NCBI GenBank assembly: GCA_050084515.1
Contig: CM114271.1
Location: 33,914,001-33,978,000 of the forward strand
Source: Blasia pusilla
Taxonomy: Eukaryota
Direction: 5' to 3'
Length of the DNA stretch: 64,000 nucleotides
Shown here: piece by piece, positions 1 to 12,550 of the stretch
How positions within the stretch are numbered: position 1 is the first letter of the stretch
Layout of the letters: each line of letters starts with the position of its first letter
Program-made: the position numbers and the translations under genes
Notes under the pieces: model-generated
Databases searched by the model: none
What the model was told of the DNA's origin: nothing
The model's input: only the letters and a program-made list of their open reading frames with translations

Positions 1-78
1 AGCATGGGATCGTGCGTGTTTGTGTGTGTGTTCGGAGACAGCGATGTATGTTGTGTAGCGATGTGTATGCGCACGACA
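1..78. mobile_element. Terminus of an LTR (family A) nested in the Gypsy pol remnant; continues beyond the window start
   Basis: The reverse complement (tgtcgtgcgcatacacatcgctacacaacatacatcgctg...cacgcacgatcccatgct) aligns with the TG-start of the LTR-like unit at 40599 (tgtcttgtacgcatacaaatcgttacacaacggacatcgctg...cacgcacaatcccatgct). Ends in CA at 78, where pol homology begins. Confidence 0.75.
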
Positions 79-1130
79 TTGGCCACCTTCTCCTCCTGCT
101 TCAACTTCTTTAGGTACTCGCTTGTTTGGGTGTCCTTCATGTATCCTTCACAAATACTTCTCTCCAGATCTGTTTCCTTACGGAAACATTGCTCTCAAGA
201 CTTGTGTGGTCGATGGCATGTCCTCATCCCTACGATTCAACGCATCTAGAATGACATTATCCTTCCCTAGCTTGTGGATTAATTACACATTCATTAACAC
301 CAAGTATCATGCCATCACAGTTGTTTCGGTGTCACTTGATCATGGGTCTCAAAATACTTGAGTGATACATTATCGGTGAATACTCGAGTCGTGTGAAGTC
401 CCTAATAGTGACACCACTTGCTCAAGAAATGGACCACCGTGAACAACTCTTTCTCATGAGTGGGCCACCTCCGTTTAGTGTCACTAAGCTTCTTGCTCTC
501 GTACGCTACAGGTCTCCCTTCCTGTACCAACATCCTTGCGATGGTGAAATCACTAGCATTAGTATGCACCTCAAAGCGGTTTTCAAACTGTGGCAGCTTT
601 AGAACTGGCTCCTATGATAGGATCTTCTTGACTCGATTGAATGCCTCATTCACTTCTTGGGTTTAGGTTGTGTTAGCAAACTTGGCGGTCCAATCAATGA
701 GTGGTCTCACTATTCCCAAAAAGTTCCTTACATAAGTTCAGTAAAATTGAAGTGCGCCAATGAACCTCCTCATTCCCTTCATTGTAGAAGGTGGCTTCCA
801 CTTGGCGATCGCTTTCATCTTATCCATATTAGGACTAACTCCATGAGCGTTAACCACATGACCCAAGAACTTGATCTTGCGTAATCCCTACTCACTCTTT
901 TCCATATTCCTATATAGCTTGTTTAGCCTTGGTTTCCACACCACCGCTCTCAAATGTCGAACGTGCTCCTCTTGTGACTTCGAATAGATAAGTTTGTCAT
1001 CAATGTAGATGATCACGTACTCATTTGTCTCCTCGTGAAAAATGGAGTTCATCAATGTGGGGAATGTTGGAGGCGCATTACATAGACCAAAAGGGCATCA
1101 CTAAAACTCAAACGAGCCATATCTCGTCCT
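79..1130 (-). pseudogene. Ty3/Gypsy pol remnant: C-terminal half of reverse transcriptase plus RNase H
   Basis: Minus-strand translation across frameshifts gives RTRYGSFEF..VMPFGLCNAPPTF..LMNSIF..VIIYIDD.LIYSKSQEEH (YxDD) and the RNase H end HKLGKDNVILDALNR. Many stops. Confidence 0.9.
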
Positions 1131-2233
1131 TTCTTATGAGAAGAAACAAGGCTTGTTGCACCCTTTGCCAATTCCAGATGGACTCTTGCTGAGTGTAAGT
1201 ATGGACTTCATTACGAGTCTTCTGGAGTCTGAGGGATACAATGTTATACTTGTGATAGCTCATGAGTGCAGCAAGTCGGGGAGATTTGTGCCAATGGTGG
1301 GCTCCACGATGACCTATACGACTTCTTGATTGTTCTTGGATATTTATTGGCGCGCTTATGGGTTGCTTAGGAGTACTGTTTCAGATTGGGATCCGAAGTT
1401 TACCGGTGCTTTTTGAAAGCACTTATTCATAAGGTTTTGAGTACTTCCTTTTATTTGTAGACGGATGGATAGAAGGAAGAGGTAAACTTGATCGTGAATC
1501 AGTACTTAAGGAATTACGTGAGTGTGGATCAGCGAGATTGGGCAAAGTGGCTAAGTATGGCTGAGTACTCTTACAACTCGACCAAGCATTGTGCAACAAG
1601 AGAATCTCTATTTCTTTTGGCTCATAGACTTGAGCCAGAAGGACCTCTTGACCTTGCGCTTCCAAGGGTACTACATCGGCATAGACCCGAAAAATAACGG
1701 CAAAAGGTTTGTTAGTGGAGATGCGAGAACCAGAGGAGAGAGCAAGAAGAAGTCTTGCAAAGGCTCAACTAAGGTAAGTTAAGCATGCTAACAAGATTCA
1801 GCGCCAAGAATGATTCCATGTAGGGGAGCAAGTGTGGTTGAGTGTGAAGAATTTCACTCTTTTGAAGGAGTTGTCTGCGGGCTATCTGCCATGTATGTTG
1901 GACCGTATGTGATCAAGGAAAACCCGTTTAAGGACATGTATACATTGGAGCTTCCAAAAGAATACAATTCATTTGACTTTCCATGTGCCATTATTGAAGA
2001 AGTGTCTTCAAGATAATATGTGTCCTAAGCGGAGATGGGTGTTGAGACCGCAACCGCTAATTATGAGAATCGGAGTTTGAGGTAGAGACCAAAATGCGTT
2101 TGAGGCGCAGGGCCAACAAGTACAAGTATTTGGTCAAGTGGAAGGGCTATCATGTGAAAGAGGTGACTTGGATGCCGAGGCACATTTGGAACACGCGCAA
2201 GAGGTGTTGCAAGACTTCAAACGGATGCAGTGA
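1131..2233 (+). pseudogene. Ty3/Gypsy (chromovirus) integrase plus chromodomain remnant
   Basis: Integrase motifs GLLHPLPIP..VSMDFITSL, SDWDPKFT, NQYLRNYV..DQRDW..WLSMAEYSYN; GPY motif (YVGPYVI); chromodomain EFEVE..KYLVKWKGY..EVTW. Frameshifts and stops. Confidence 0.9.
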
Positions 2234-2962
2234 AAGCACTTGTGTTAGTAAATGGAGTAGCTAAGGGGAATGACTTGCGACCATAGGAAGCTTGGGCCAA
2301 AGGCCGTTGTAACTAGAACAGGCTAGTATTGTAACAAAGGAATGCATGGATTTGGAGATTCGATGCTTGTGTTGTTTGCAATTTGTCTTTGGTAGTGCAT
2401 GGCAATGAGTAGTTCCTTATAGGCGTAGGATATAAGTCAAGAGGATAGACAAGGATTATTTGAGGAGAGAGATTATATTCGGATAAGCACCTAGAACAAG
2501 ACCAAGTGTTGGGTGACTAACACTTGGGCTCGCCCTAGCGTCAACTCGAGAGTGTCAACGGGGCAAGCCACTTAATTTTGGGGCTTGGGATAATCTTACT
2601 CATGAGTGTACGAATGAACTTAGTGACGCGCCTGAGTCAAATATGAGAGCGATCCAAAAGTAGTACAGCTTGTGTACCGTCTAAACAAGTGGGATGTTTA
2701 CGAGATGTGGACCAGAGAAGTCTTAGGTAGCAAACTTAGCCCAGCTTATTTGATAGGTTATATTAGGTTACTTCCGAAAAACTGATATAGACTTATCAAA
2801 GAGGAGATGCTAAATAATGCTAAGTGTTACAAGCAACAACCACAGACTTAGGCCAAATGAGGAATTGCGGGTTAGATACTAGAACGCGATTCGATGTCAA
2901 GGGGACGACTTCCCAAAAGACTTGACATTAGAAGGTTTGTGTTGATAACGACATCAAACTCT

Positions 2963-2975
2963 AAAGAGGGATGAG
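2963..2975 (+). other. Polypurine tract of the chromovirus
   Basis: aaagagggatgag directly before the TGTCA start of the 3' LTR. Confidence 0.7.
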
Positions 2976-3999
2976 TGTCACGACCCTCATAGCCAAAGAA
3001 GTACCAAGCGGAACATCCAAACTCTAGCGGGCTCATGCCAGGATGGTTTGCGCTTTGGAGAGATCTCTAGAAGAGACAAGTTAGGAAACACAATTGCAAG
3101 ACGCGAGCGAGGTGAGCGTTTTGAGTATTTCATACGTTTATGGTCGCAACTAGGAAACCGAAACCAAAAGCAGACCCGAACTTGAGAGGAGTTGAGTCTA
3201 GGATGAGACGTGGCCAAGGGGTGAGAACCAAATCTGGAACGTGACTAGCGTTTAGGATTTTTTGCTGTATTTTTATCATAAAATTTAATCCCAAGATGCA
3301 TTTGAGACAAGATAAGGTGGCCTTGGAAAGATTATGCAAAGTTGGTTCCAACGCACCAAAGATCTTAGGAAACGCTTAAGCACAGGCTGAGATGTTGACC
3401 AAAAATGACTATACATGGAGTTGAGTTGAGGGTCAAAAAGAGATGCCCATATATCTCTTTCCCAGAGGTAGGGGAAGAGGAGGAATCCCCAGAAGTACTA
3501 GTAAGGAGGAAGGTCTCCAAGGGTACTTGGGACTCGAAACCCACTTTGGGACGTCATGCGGAGACTCAAGGGCACAAAATGGATGAGGAGTTTTGGCATT
3601 GGGATTTCAAACCTGAACCAAGTCCAATAGAGTGGATTTCAGAGGTCCCTAGTTGATTCCAACAATGACTCATATTGTTGGATCTTGGTATGGAAGCTCA
3701 TGCAAGGTCCATTGGATAGTTAGGACCGCAGGGCGCGCAAACGCCGTTTTGTGTGCTTGGACTAACCAAAAAGTCTGTACCAAGTCTCGAAATACTTGCC
3801 CATATTGGGAAGCTAAGAATGAGGGAAGGTTGAGCTTGATGATGACGAGTTGAGGACTTGGTGGGTTGGAAGGCCAATTGATCGAGACCAGACTAATGTA
3901 AGTGTGTTTGGGTGTAGATTGGCAATGAGAGCTTGTCCTACTGAACGTACGCTTCCGAAACACTAAAGATTGATATTCGAGGGGAGTAGGAGCACAACA
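2976..3999 (+). mobile_element. 3' LTR (family B, ~1.02 kb) of the chromovirus
   Basis: TG...CA termini (tgtcacgaccctcat...agcacaaca); follows the PPT; collinear with the inverted copy at 36116-37124 and the copy starting at 63564. Confidence 0.9.
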
Positions 4000-5189
4000 C
4001 ATTTATTCCAATTTTGAACATTCAAGTCAGTTGAATCACCTTGTGGCTTGGCTTCATCACCTATAACAAGCTCCCATAGTTCTTTATCCATGAGAAATTA
4101 TTTGATGCAAAACTTCTAGGCATTGTAATTCTGCTTATCTAGCTTCTCGCCTATAATTATTGTTGAGGAGTACTCCATGAAGAACAATTTAACTCAAAAA
4201 TTTTAATTTTGTGCTCTCCACTGCTCCAATTGAAGCATAGACCACTCCTTAACATAAATTGACCTGAAATTTTCTAAAATTGATCAACTGTATGGAAGAA
4301 CTAGTTGAAATTGGCCTGTAGAAAGCAAATTACACAACTTTCCTTCAATAATTCAACTTTCCTTCACTGAAATTGCTATTGCGGTTACTCATAATGTCAT
4401 AATCAAGAAATTTTGGATACGTTGGAAATCTATCGATGAGCTCTATGATGGTGAGAACTATCATTTGGTATTATTGTGATCGACGCGTATCCAAATTGCT
4501 AAATCAACATGAAAAGCCTTAAAAAATATCTCCAAAGTTCTGTCACCGTCATAGCTCTACTTGAAATCTTCTACCACTTAGCTCTCATTGAGATTTCCTT
4601 ATCCCAACTTGATATTATATCTTCTCTTGCCTCTCTTCTCTCTTCAAACACCAAGAATTTCAATTGATGTTCTCCTATCACTCTGATATTATGTAGAAGA
4701 CTATTAAAGAAGCATAAGTGGTGGGATACGACACTCACACTCCCACAATACCATGGAGAATAAAATTTTTGCAATGAGAGAATGAATGGAGGTTGGTCTC
4801 CTTCTCAATTATATAGGATATGTACAAGAAATCCTAACCCTAGTCCTAACCATAGTCTTGAGTTAGACTAATTGTAATTACCTAATCCTAGTGCAGATAA
4901 TCGCGCTTAATTGACTAACCAAGATTTAAGCTTCCCTAATTCGTGTTAGTACCAAATGTAGTAGTTTGGGTGCCCGATGAGCTTGACTAGGACTAAATCT
5001 TCAATTGATATGTATGTGCTATTTGGAGTTAGGGGGACCCAACGGCCTACTAGAGGGGCGGTTATGCGGTCTTGGTGTATATATATACGTTCATTTCTTG
5101 TATGTATGTGGATCTACCCGTATGTTGGGACGATCGGTGTTGTGTGTTGTGGATGTGACCGGCGATGTGTATCGGCAATAAACCCTTCT

Positions 5190-5450
<261 letters not shown>

Positions 5451-5867
5451 TGGAGCTTGGCATTTAATCATTGCCAAGACTTCGGAAGTGTAAGACGTAT
5501 GCACAATAAAAGACAAGAATCTGCAAGGGGATTTCAAGGGGAACAACAAGGGTTGAATGCACAGCCATAACAACAAGTATTAGGCACAAAAAAGGAGGAT
5601 ATGTCTCCTTGTTCTTATGCAACTTATGCTTGAACGGCTTAGGTGGCTTACCAATGGCAAAGGGTAGGAAGATGAAGGGATGTGGGAGGAGAGTAGGAAA
5701 GATAGGGAAAAAAAAAAGGAAAGGAAAGAACAAATTTATAAATAAGAATAAAAGGGGAAGGGAAAAAAATCAAAGGAAAGGAAGGAAAATAATAACATTA
5801 AAAATAAGACTCAAGGATGAAGGGAAATATGAAGGGAAGGGAAGAAAAAAGGGGGAGGTAACCCTTG

Positions 5868-6835
5868 CAACATATCTCTTGAACCCTATATTCTAATCAT
5901 CAGATTGGTCCCAAATTTTCATGGATAATGGATCACTACATGTTGAGTAGTATGGACAGTTCAAATCATGCCAATTAGGATTAGAACTTCCAATAAAATA
6001 GAATTTTCCCCAATCCATCTTTTACTTTTAAATCCACCTTGGGAGCTCGAAATCCATGGGAAAAAAATGTTCTAGGCTCATGGTTGGATGACACATGTCT
6101 TGAAAATTTTTCAATAATTTTTGGGTGACCAGGGAAGAATTTCTCACAAAATGAGGCATCCTCCACATGACCTGGCCTCCAATGTCTTCACTTTGATTCC
6201 CCTTGGTGTTGTCCCTATTCCTTTCGGTTGTAGCCTTAATAACCTCTTCATGGTTGGATGGATTTGAAAGTGTCTGCTTGCAAGTAAATATGCCGATTAA
6301 AGATCTTCAATGGTTCATATCTTTCTTTTTAGCTTTTCAAATAGGAATGAATTTTTTAATGAGAAAGGCCATGTTTCATTTTTCATACTTCTTGTACATC
6401 CATTAACCCTGGAAAAAATCATCCAACCTCAAGTACAAGTTTGAAGGCCTTGACAAAGTTTCACCATTTTTGGAGGACCAACACTTCACGTATGCCCTCT
6501 TTAGATGCCACAAGCCTTATTTTTCAACATATCTCATGAACCCTAAATTCTGGTCGTTCGATTGATCTGAAATTTTTCAGGGATAATGGATCACTACATT
6601 TGGAGGAGTATTCATAGTTCACATCATGCCCATTAGGATTAGAACTTCCAATAAAAAAATTTGCACCAATCATGGTTGGGTACCATATTCTTTAAAAAGG
6701 TTTCAATATTTTCGGATGACCAAGGAAGAATCCTCCACATGACCTCCAATATCTTCACTTCGGTTCTCCTTGGTGTTGCCCTATTTCTTTTGGTTGTAGC
6801 TTAAATTACCTCTTCACCATTAGATGGTCCTGGAA
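5868..6835. repeat. Diverged direct duplication (5868-~6270 vs ~6525-6835)
   Basis: Shared blocks such as ggataatggatcactaca, attaggattagaacttccaataaaa, cctccacatgacct and ccttggtgttg occur in the same order in both copies. Confidence 0.8.
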
Positions 6836-8059
6836 ATATCACAAGTATATATAAGAGTGTTATGTGGAAGTGTAAGAGACTTTAAAAGCACTCGAAAAAT
6901 TCAGATATTTAAAAGCATATTAAATGGGAATGGAAATTTCTAAAGAGAATCACCTAGGAACTTTAAGCCAACTTGCAACCCTGACTTTACATGCCCAAAC
7001 AAGTCTGGCTTACGGCATCAAGACTTGGTGCTTAAATAACAATTGGAAACTCCTCATTCTATTTGTGCTTTTGGTAACCAAAATATTTTAATTCCGAATG
7101 AGAAATTGACTTAGACATATAATATAACTAAGACAAATCAACAAGTTGTGGGCGATCATTTATAGAAGACATCATCATTAACTTTATTTTTTGCATCATT
7201 AATAAATGACTGTGGGAGTATTGGTAGTTGTAAAATATGAGTCATACTTTGAATCATTGTTTGGATAGGACATTCATATACAAGTCATAAAAACTATAGT
7301 TTTTTTTTACTGAAAATGGCTCCAAGATTTTTTTGAAGTGGATGTAGACTATGATCAAAAGATTTGCATAAAAATTTCCTCACCATTACCGTGTAGTAAA
7401 ATGATCCACTATATATAATCCACTCTTATTAGTATAAGAGAGAGTTTTATAAATATTAATTAAATAAAATTAGGAAAATTTTCATGTTTAAGCCTCTGTA
7501 TGGTACCTCATTGTGTCACAATTAGTCATCTAGTTATGGCACATTCACTGCATTTCAAAATTAGTGATCAATTAGTGATCTCTCGACCCTCAATTACCTC
7601 ATTCTTGAAAATTGAATGTGATGGGGATAGCCAACATTGCATCCCAATCCACTTACAACCACCATTGCTACTCTTGTGATCACTTCCCTCTGGACTATGA
7701 GAGAATGCCAAAATATCCATTCAACACCTCATATACAATGACTAGTAGCAACCATAGGCTACCAACACTCACACACAACCAGTGACTCAACAACCACTAG
7801 AAGTGACTACAAGTAATCATTACTTGTATCATCTCATTAGATAAGGAAATCACAACTTCCTAATATGTCATCAATGTTGTTCAAACACTCCTACTGGCAT
7901 GTATTGGACCTTGACTCTTTCATGATGAGTACAAATTTGGCTCAATTATTCTAAAGTGTAATTGAAGAAGCATATGTTTTGCATCTGATTTTTATTGTGC
8001 AGCCTCCTTGTATGATGTTGAACATATTGATGTGATATATTATGCAGTATATTTTATGT

Positions 8060-8123
8060 TAGTATATATTTGTAGATATGTAAAAATGATGTATGTTGTG
8101 TAGCAATGTTAATACACATGAAA
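8060..8123. mobile_element. Heavily decayed end of an LTR family A copy
   Basis: atgatgtatgttgtgtagcaatgttaatacacatgaaa resembles gcgatgtatgttgtgtagcgatgtgtatgcgcacgaca (41-78), mostly via C>T/G>A changes. Confidence 0.5.
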
Positions 8124-9553
8124 CCTATCTCACGACTTGAAACATGGCCAAATAGGTGTACGAGATTCACTCCTTATTCCAAGATGTGAGTTCTATAGAT
8201 GATCGCAATTGGTAGTTTGAATACACACATGCATATGGGAGATTCAACTACTTATTTAAGGATATTTTCATATTTTTGAGATCTTTTCACCAAATATATA
8301 CATATCAATTAGTGTCAACAATGTGCATGAGTGGTGGCATACATATTTAGGTTACCTATTTAGGTTGTGTTCCTACACTTATCTTCTACTATTGAGGATA
8401 TTGGAAATCGGATAATACTTAATATAGAGCTTGTGGAGATGATGGGTTGGATGAGTGTAAGAAAATTCATGATAGTGAATCATGTATAATTATGAGGGTA
8501 TCAGATGTAGATCCTATAAGTAGATAGCTATGGAAGTTTTCCAAGTAGGTGTCTTTTGAATGATCTGGTGTTTCCATTAGCTTGGATAAGCTTATGCAGA
8601 GTTTGGAAGGCTCAAAGTAAGCCCAAGTGCTTTGGTGCATGAATTATATAGGGGTGTCATCCTAGGGTTACCATTAGCCTAATTGAGATAGTGAGGAGTG
8701 TGGGAGGTTGAGAGTGAGCCCAATTTCTTGAGCTTGTGAGGCAAGATGTCATCGCAAAGTTCTTCCAAGGCTGGAAAGGGGTTGCTCAAGAAGAAATGAA
8801 GGATTTCTATAGAGTGGAGTAAAATATTATGAAGTTTTGAGTGAGGAATCAATCATCTGTGCCTCCATTCATTATTGTATTATAATCATTACAAAATAGG
8901 TATGGTAGTAATATCATAGACATTTAGAGTTTTGCGTAGAGAGACATGAGCCATAGAGAGATAAAGCACTTTTTAGATGTGATAATCACCATCAATTTTG
9001 ATGATTTTGTCTAGGATTTAGACAAATTTTTTGAGTTTAGGAGATCAAAATCCCGTCATACTTCAAACGTAGCCTTGAACCATTTTGGGCCCTTCCATGC
9101 CATGAAATAATTTGTTCTAGCATTTGGAGGGGCCTCTCTTTGCACGCTTATTATGAATTTGAATCTTCAAAAGTGTTAGAGATCAACACTTAGAGGGTTT
9201 ATTGGGATTCAAGTTATGTCTCCCTAGTAGTCACAAGGGATATAACATGTTATTAAATATGACTATACCCATACGATGAGACCATGATCTAGAGGAAGAG
9301 AGCAAGTACCATAGCCTAGTTAATCATTCTTGGGTCTCTCATGTTTTTCTCAAGGCTTTGGGGCATATCAATCCCATATTCTTTATGATGATACCATTCT
9401 TACAGATCTCAACTATTGTTGTGTCTCATGGTTTGGTCCATAAAAACTCCTAATACCTCCTTAATCTTAAAAATAGAAATTCTAGGTTTTTCCTTGATTA
9501 TATCATAAAGGTAGATTTTCCTCTGATCAAAGTGTAAGACTTGACTTAGGATC

Positions 9554-10517
9554 TGCACCTACTCCCATGACCATTGGTCTTGTGTATGACATAAGCTTAA
9601 GTTCATTGAGTCGTAATCTCCTTAATGATATATGACCAAATATACTCATATTAGTCATGGTTTGGGTAAAAAACCTTGCATCTCTCGAGTATAAGTCTCT
9701 CCTCATCCCTCAAGCTCAATATATCTATGTGGGGTCAGATATCGACCTAACCCCTCACTTTGCAACACATGAAAGTCATTCAAGACTTCGAAAAAACTTC
9801 CTTGATAGTATGGGAATCTAAATTAAGGCTTATGTTTCGAGTGGTCCCAACTACCGAATGGACTTGCAACAAGTTTTATTCGGAACTCAATATTTTAGCT
9901 TTAAGTCAAGGTCCAAGGTCAGAACCCTTAATTGGATTCCTTGGATTTGTCAAAATCTGAATCCTTTTCGTGCCCTTGGTTCAACCCTTTTGGTTACCAA
10001 GATGGGGTTCAGGGTCTAAACATCCTTGGAGGCCCTCCCCCTTGTACGTAATTAGAGAGAAATCTATCCGCTCCCTTTATCTAAGGAATTCCTCTTGGGC
10101 CGCTTCTTGTGGGTTGGTTTTTAGATTTTTTTTGTGTGTTTGTCTAGATATTTGATGCATTGGAATCAGTTTTTACAAGATTTCCAATGTTTCCTTATGC
10201 ATACCAAATGTATGTTGGGTCCTACCGTTATAAACTCAATATAAAGAGTCCCCAAATAATCAATCAAGTTCCAACATAGGTTGTAGTGTGCTTAAAGTCA
10301 AACTCTTGTAGAATTTGAGCCCTTCTTAAGTTCCACCTAGCGTTTTTGTTCTTCCAGGTCATAACCATCTTAGTATGAGATGCCCATCAAGGATTGTGTC
10401 TCGCTTGTTCAACTCATGTCTCGCTCGTGAGACTTTGACACATTTCCACCCTACTATGTGCCCGCTAGAGTTATTATGTTATGTATTGGCATATGTTTGG
10501 TCACGAGGATCACGATA
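9554..10517 (-). mobile_element. Diverged solo LTR related to family B
   Basis: The right end reverse-complements to tatcgtgatcctcgtgaccaaacatatgccaa (cf. tgtcgcgaccctcatgaccaaacaaatgccaa at 63564). The left end tgcacctactccc resembles the family B end. Flanked by GGATC at 9549-9553 and 10518-10522. Confidence 0.65.
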
Positions 10518-11337
10518 GGATCCTTGCTAACATGTGTGTCTAAGACTAGTTATTTGCAACATGCCCTTCTTAAACCATTTTTTAATTGTTAGTAGCTTGC
10601 ATTTATTTTACAACCTAGTCTAGGTTTTGGGGAAAAAATTGATCTTCTTCATAAACCTTATAAATTTTTTTTTCAAGATTTCGATATACTTAAAATGAAC
10701 ATATTGTAAGAACCAAAGGAAAATTGTTGAAGAATCCTTGGAATAGCCTTAAATCATAAACATTTAGAACTTAAACTCTTCAAAATTCCAATCAACAAAA
10801 ATTTAGAGTCCATAATTCCATTCAAGTGGCCTTCTACTTTAATCAACCAAAAAAGCAAAGATATTTCCAAAACAATTTTGAAATTATCCTTCCACTTCAA
10901 CCCAATGATTATTTATCAAGGCCGCACCTTTCAACGCACAAAATAAAATAAAATCTTTCTTCCTCCTTTTCTTGATCTACTAACTTGCCACCCATTGTAG
11001 TGCCTCTTGGAACTCATGTTATGTTACTTTCCTATTTAAGTTTTTCATTTCTTTTCTCAATGCCCCATCATAGATATGCTAGGCCAACCCAAAATATTTA
11101 GGCTTCACCACTCCTCAATCATAACATTTCTTGATTCCATGATTTCATTGTAGATCTTGTCTCACTACAATAAATGGTTGTCCATTTGCCATTGTCTTGC
11201 AGTATTGGAGAGCCTTCATGCCTCAATTGAACAAAATTTCAATGACATGCGGTTGTCCATGCCTATTTTGGACAGTTGCAAATGGGAAAAAAAAAAAGGG
11301 GGTTGACTCACACCTCACTCCACCTCTCTTAAAGAAA

Positions 11338-11630
11338 CCATCCCACAATCTCACAAATGGTCTCAAATTCTTGCATTTTTCCAAACTTTCAGTTCCCTTA
11401 CTTTTACTCCCTCAATCTTTGAAAGGCCTTTCCCCCCATCCCACACTCTCACAAACGTTCTCCAAGTCTTGCATTTTTCCAAACTTTCAGTTCCCTTACT
11501 TTAACTCCCTCAAGCTTTGAAAGGCTTTTCCCCATCCCACGCTCTCACAAACGGTCTCACATTCTTGCATTTTTCCAAACTTTCAAGCCCTTTACTTTTA
11601 TTCCCTCAAGAATTAAAAAGCCTTCCCTTT
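11338..11630. repeat. Minisatellite, 3 copies of a ~97-bp unit
   Basis: ccatcccac..tctcacaaa..tcttgcatttttccaaactttca..ccttactt..tccctcaa..aaaggc repeated three times in tandem. Confidence 0.9.
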
Positions 11631-12188
11631 TTTTTCCCTCACATGTCGATAGAGATGCGTTGAATCCAGGAGGAGTCCACATTCAATGCACCCACCGTTT
11701 TCAGAACAGGTCCGGATACGACAGGATACGCACGATAACGCGTTCTGGTCCGAAACGAAATGAATGGAAAAGAATTGGCCAATTAATGAGGAGAAAAGAA
11801 ATCGATGTCATTGGGCGAGGCGGATTTACTGAACCGTGATTAGTTAGCTCTTTACTTAACTAGTTAGAGAGCGGGCAATAGGAGAGCAACCAAAACCCTT
11901 GCGGATTTTGAAATTTGAATTAAATATATGCGGAAAAGTCCCACTTTGAGTTGTGAGAGCGTTAATAATAACCTGCGTCACCTGTCATTCTCCCCGTAAA
12001 ACCTGCCCATTCCCATTTCCATGGCTCTCTTTGCCGTCAGACACTACACGACACTCCAGTCATGGGTCCCCTCTAGAAGGACCGACTTTCAAGCCGTCCC
12101 CCGTCCTATCCACTCAACGGATCCCCCACTATCTCGTTATTCTGGGCCGAGTCCTCAACCAACTCCCTCGATTTATAGAAAAATGGAA

Positions 12189-12196
12189 TTATATAG
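12189..12196 (+). promoter_or_regulatory. Candidate TATA box (TTATATAG)
   Basis: Isolated AT-rich box in a GC-rich island, ~25 nt upstream of the structured segment. Confidence 0.45.
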
Positions 12197-12220
12197 GATA
12201 ATACAGCGGCCCCTTTCCAG

Positions 12221-12550
12221 CGACGGCACTGCGGTCGCACCTAGTCCTAGGTACGGTGCTTACCCAAGAGTACGAGGAACCCAAGAGTCGATCTCGTCCG
12301 TCCCAAAGCAGGGATCGCCTTCTGACCTTGCCATTGGCTCGTAGGTCAAAGGGACCAAGGCAGAACCGGCAGGTTCTGTCCTTATAGTAGTACTGACGGA
12401 GGACCGACAGGCGAGGCAACGGCTGCGCTCCATTTGGCGCGGTAGTAGGGACCGCCTGACCTGACAGTCGTAGGAATCCGTTGGACCCCACCTTCAACGA
12501 TCATGGGGGTGCGGATGCCCTCGATCGTCATGCTTGTCGAAGTAAGTTTT
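12221..12550 (+). ncRNA. Candidate structured non-coding RNA (~330 nt) of unknown family; alternatively a structured first exon
   Basis: Several nested complementary segments (see findings), complementary 5' and 3' ends, TATA upstream, TTTT at 12547-12550; CpG-rich, unlike the surrounding TE DNA. Confidence 0.4.

Noticed and set aside
4541-5180. Possible additional solo LTR starting TGTCA
   Set aside because: LTR-like composition but no clear CA end, TSD or second copy.
12300-12365. TPP riboswitch-like GTCCCTTTGACCT on the minus strand
   Set aside because: Lacks the CTGAGA motif and the P4/P5 elements.
12221-12550. Identification as 7SL, U3, a spliceosomal snRNA or canonical telomerase RNA
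   Set aside because: No Alu UGUNR or helix-8 motif, no U3 box A/C/D, no clear Sm site, no CTAAACCC/CCCTAA template.
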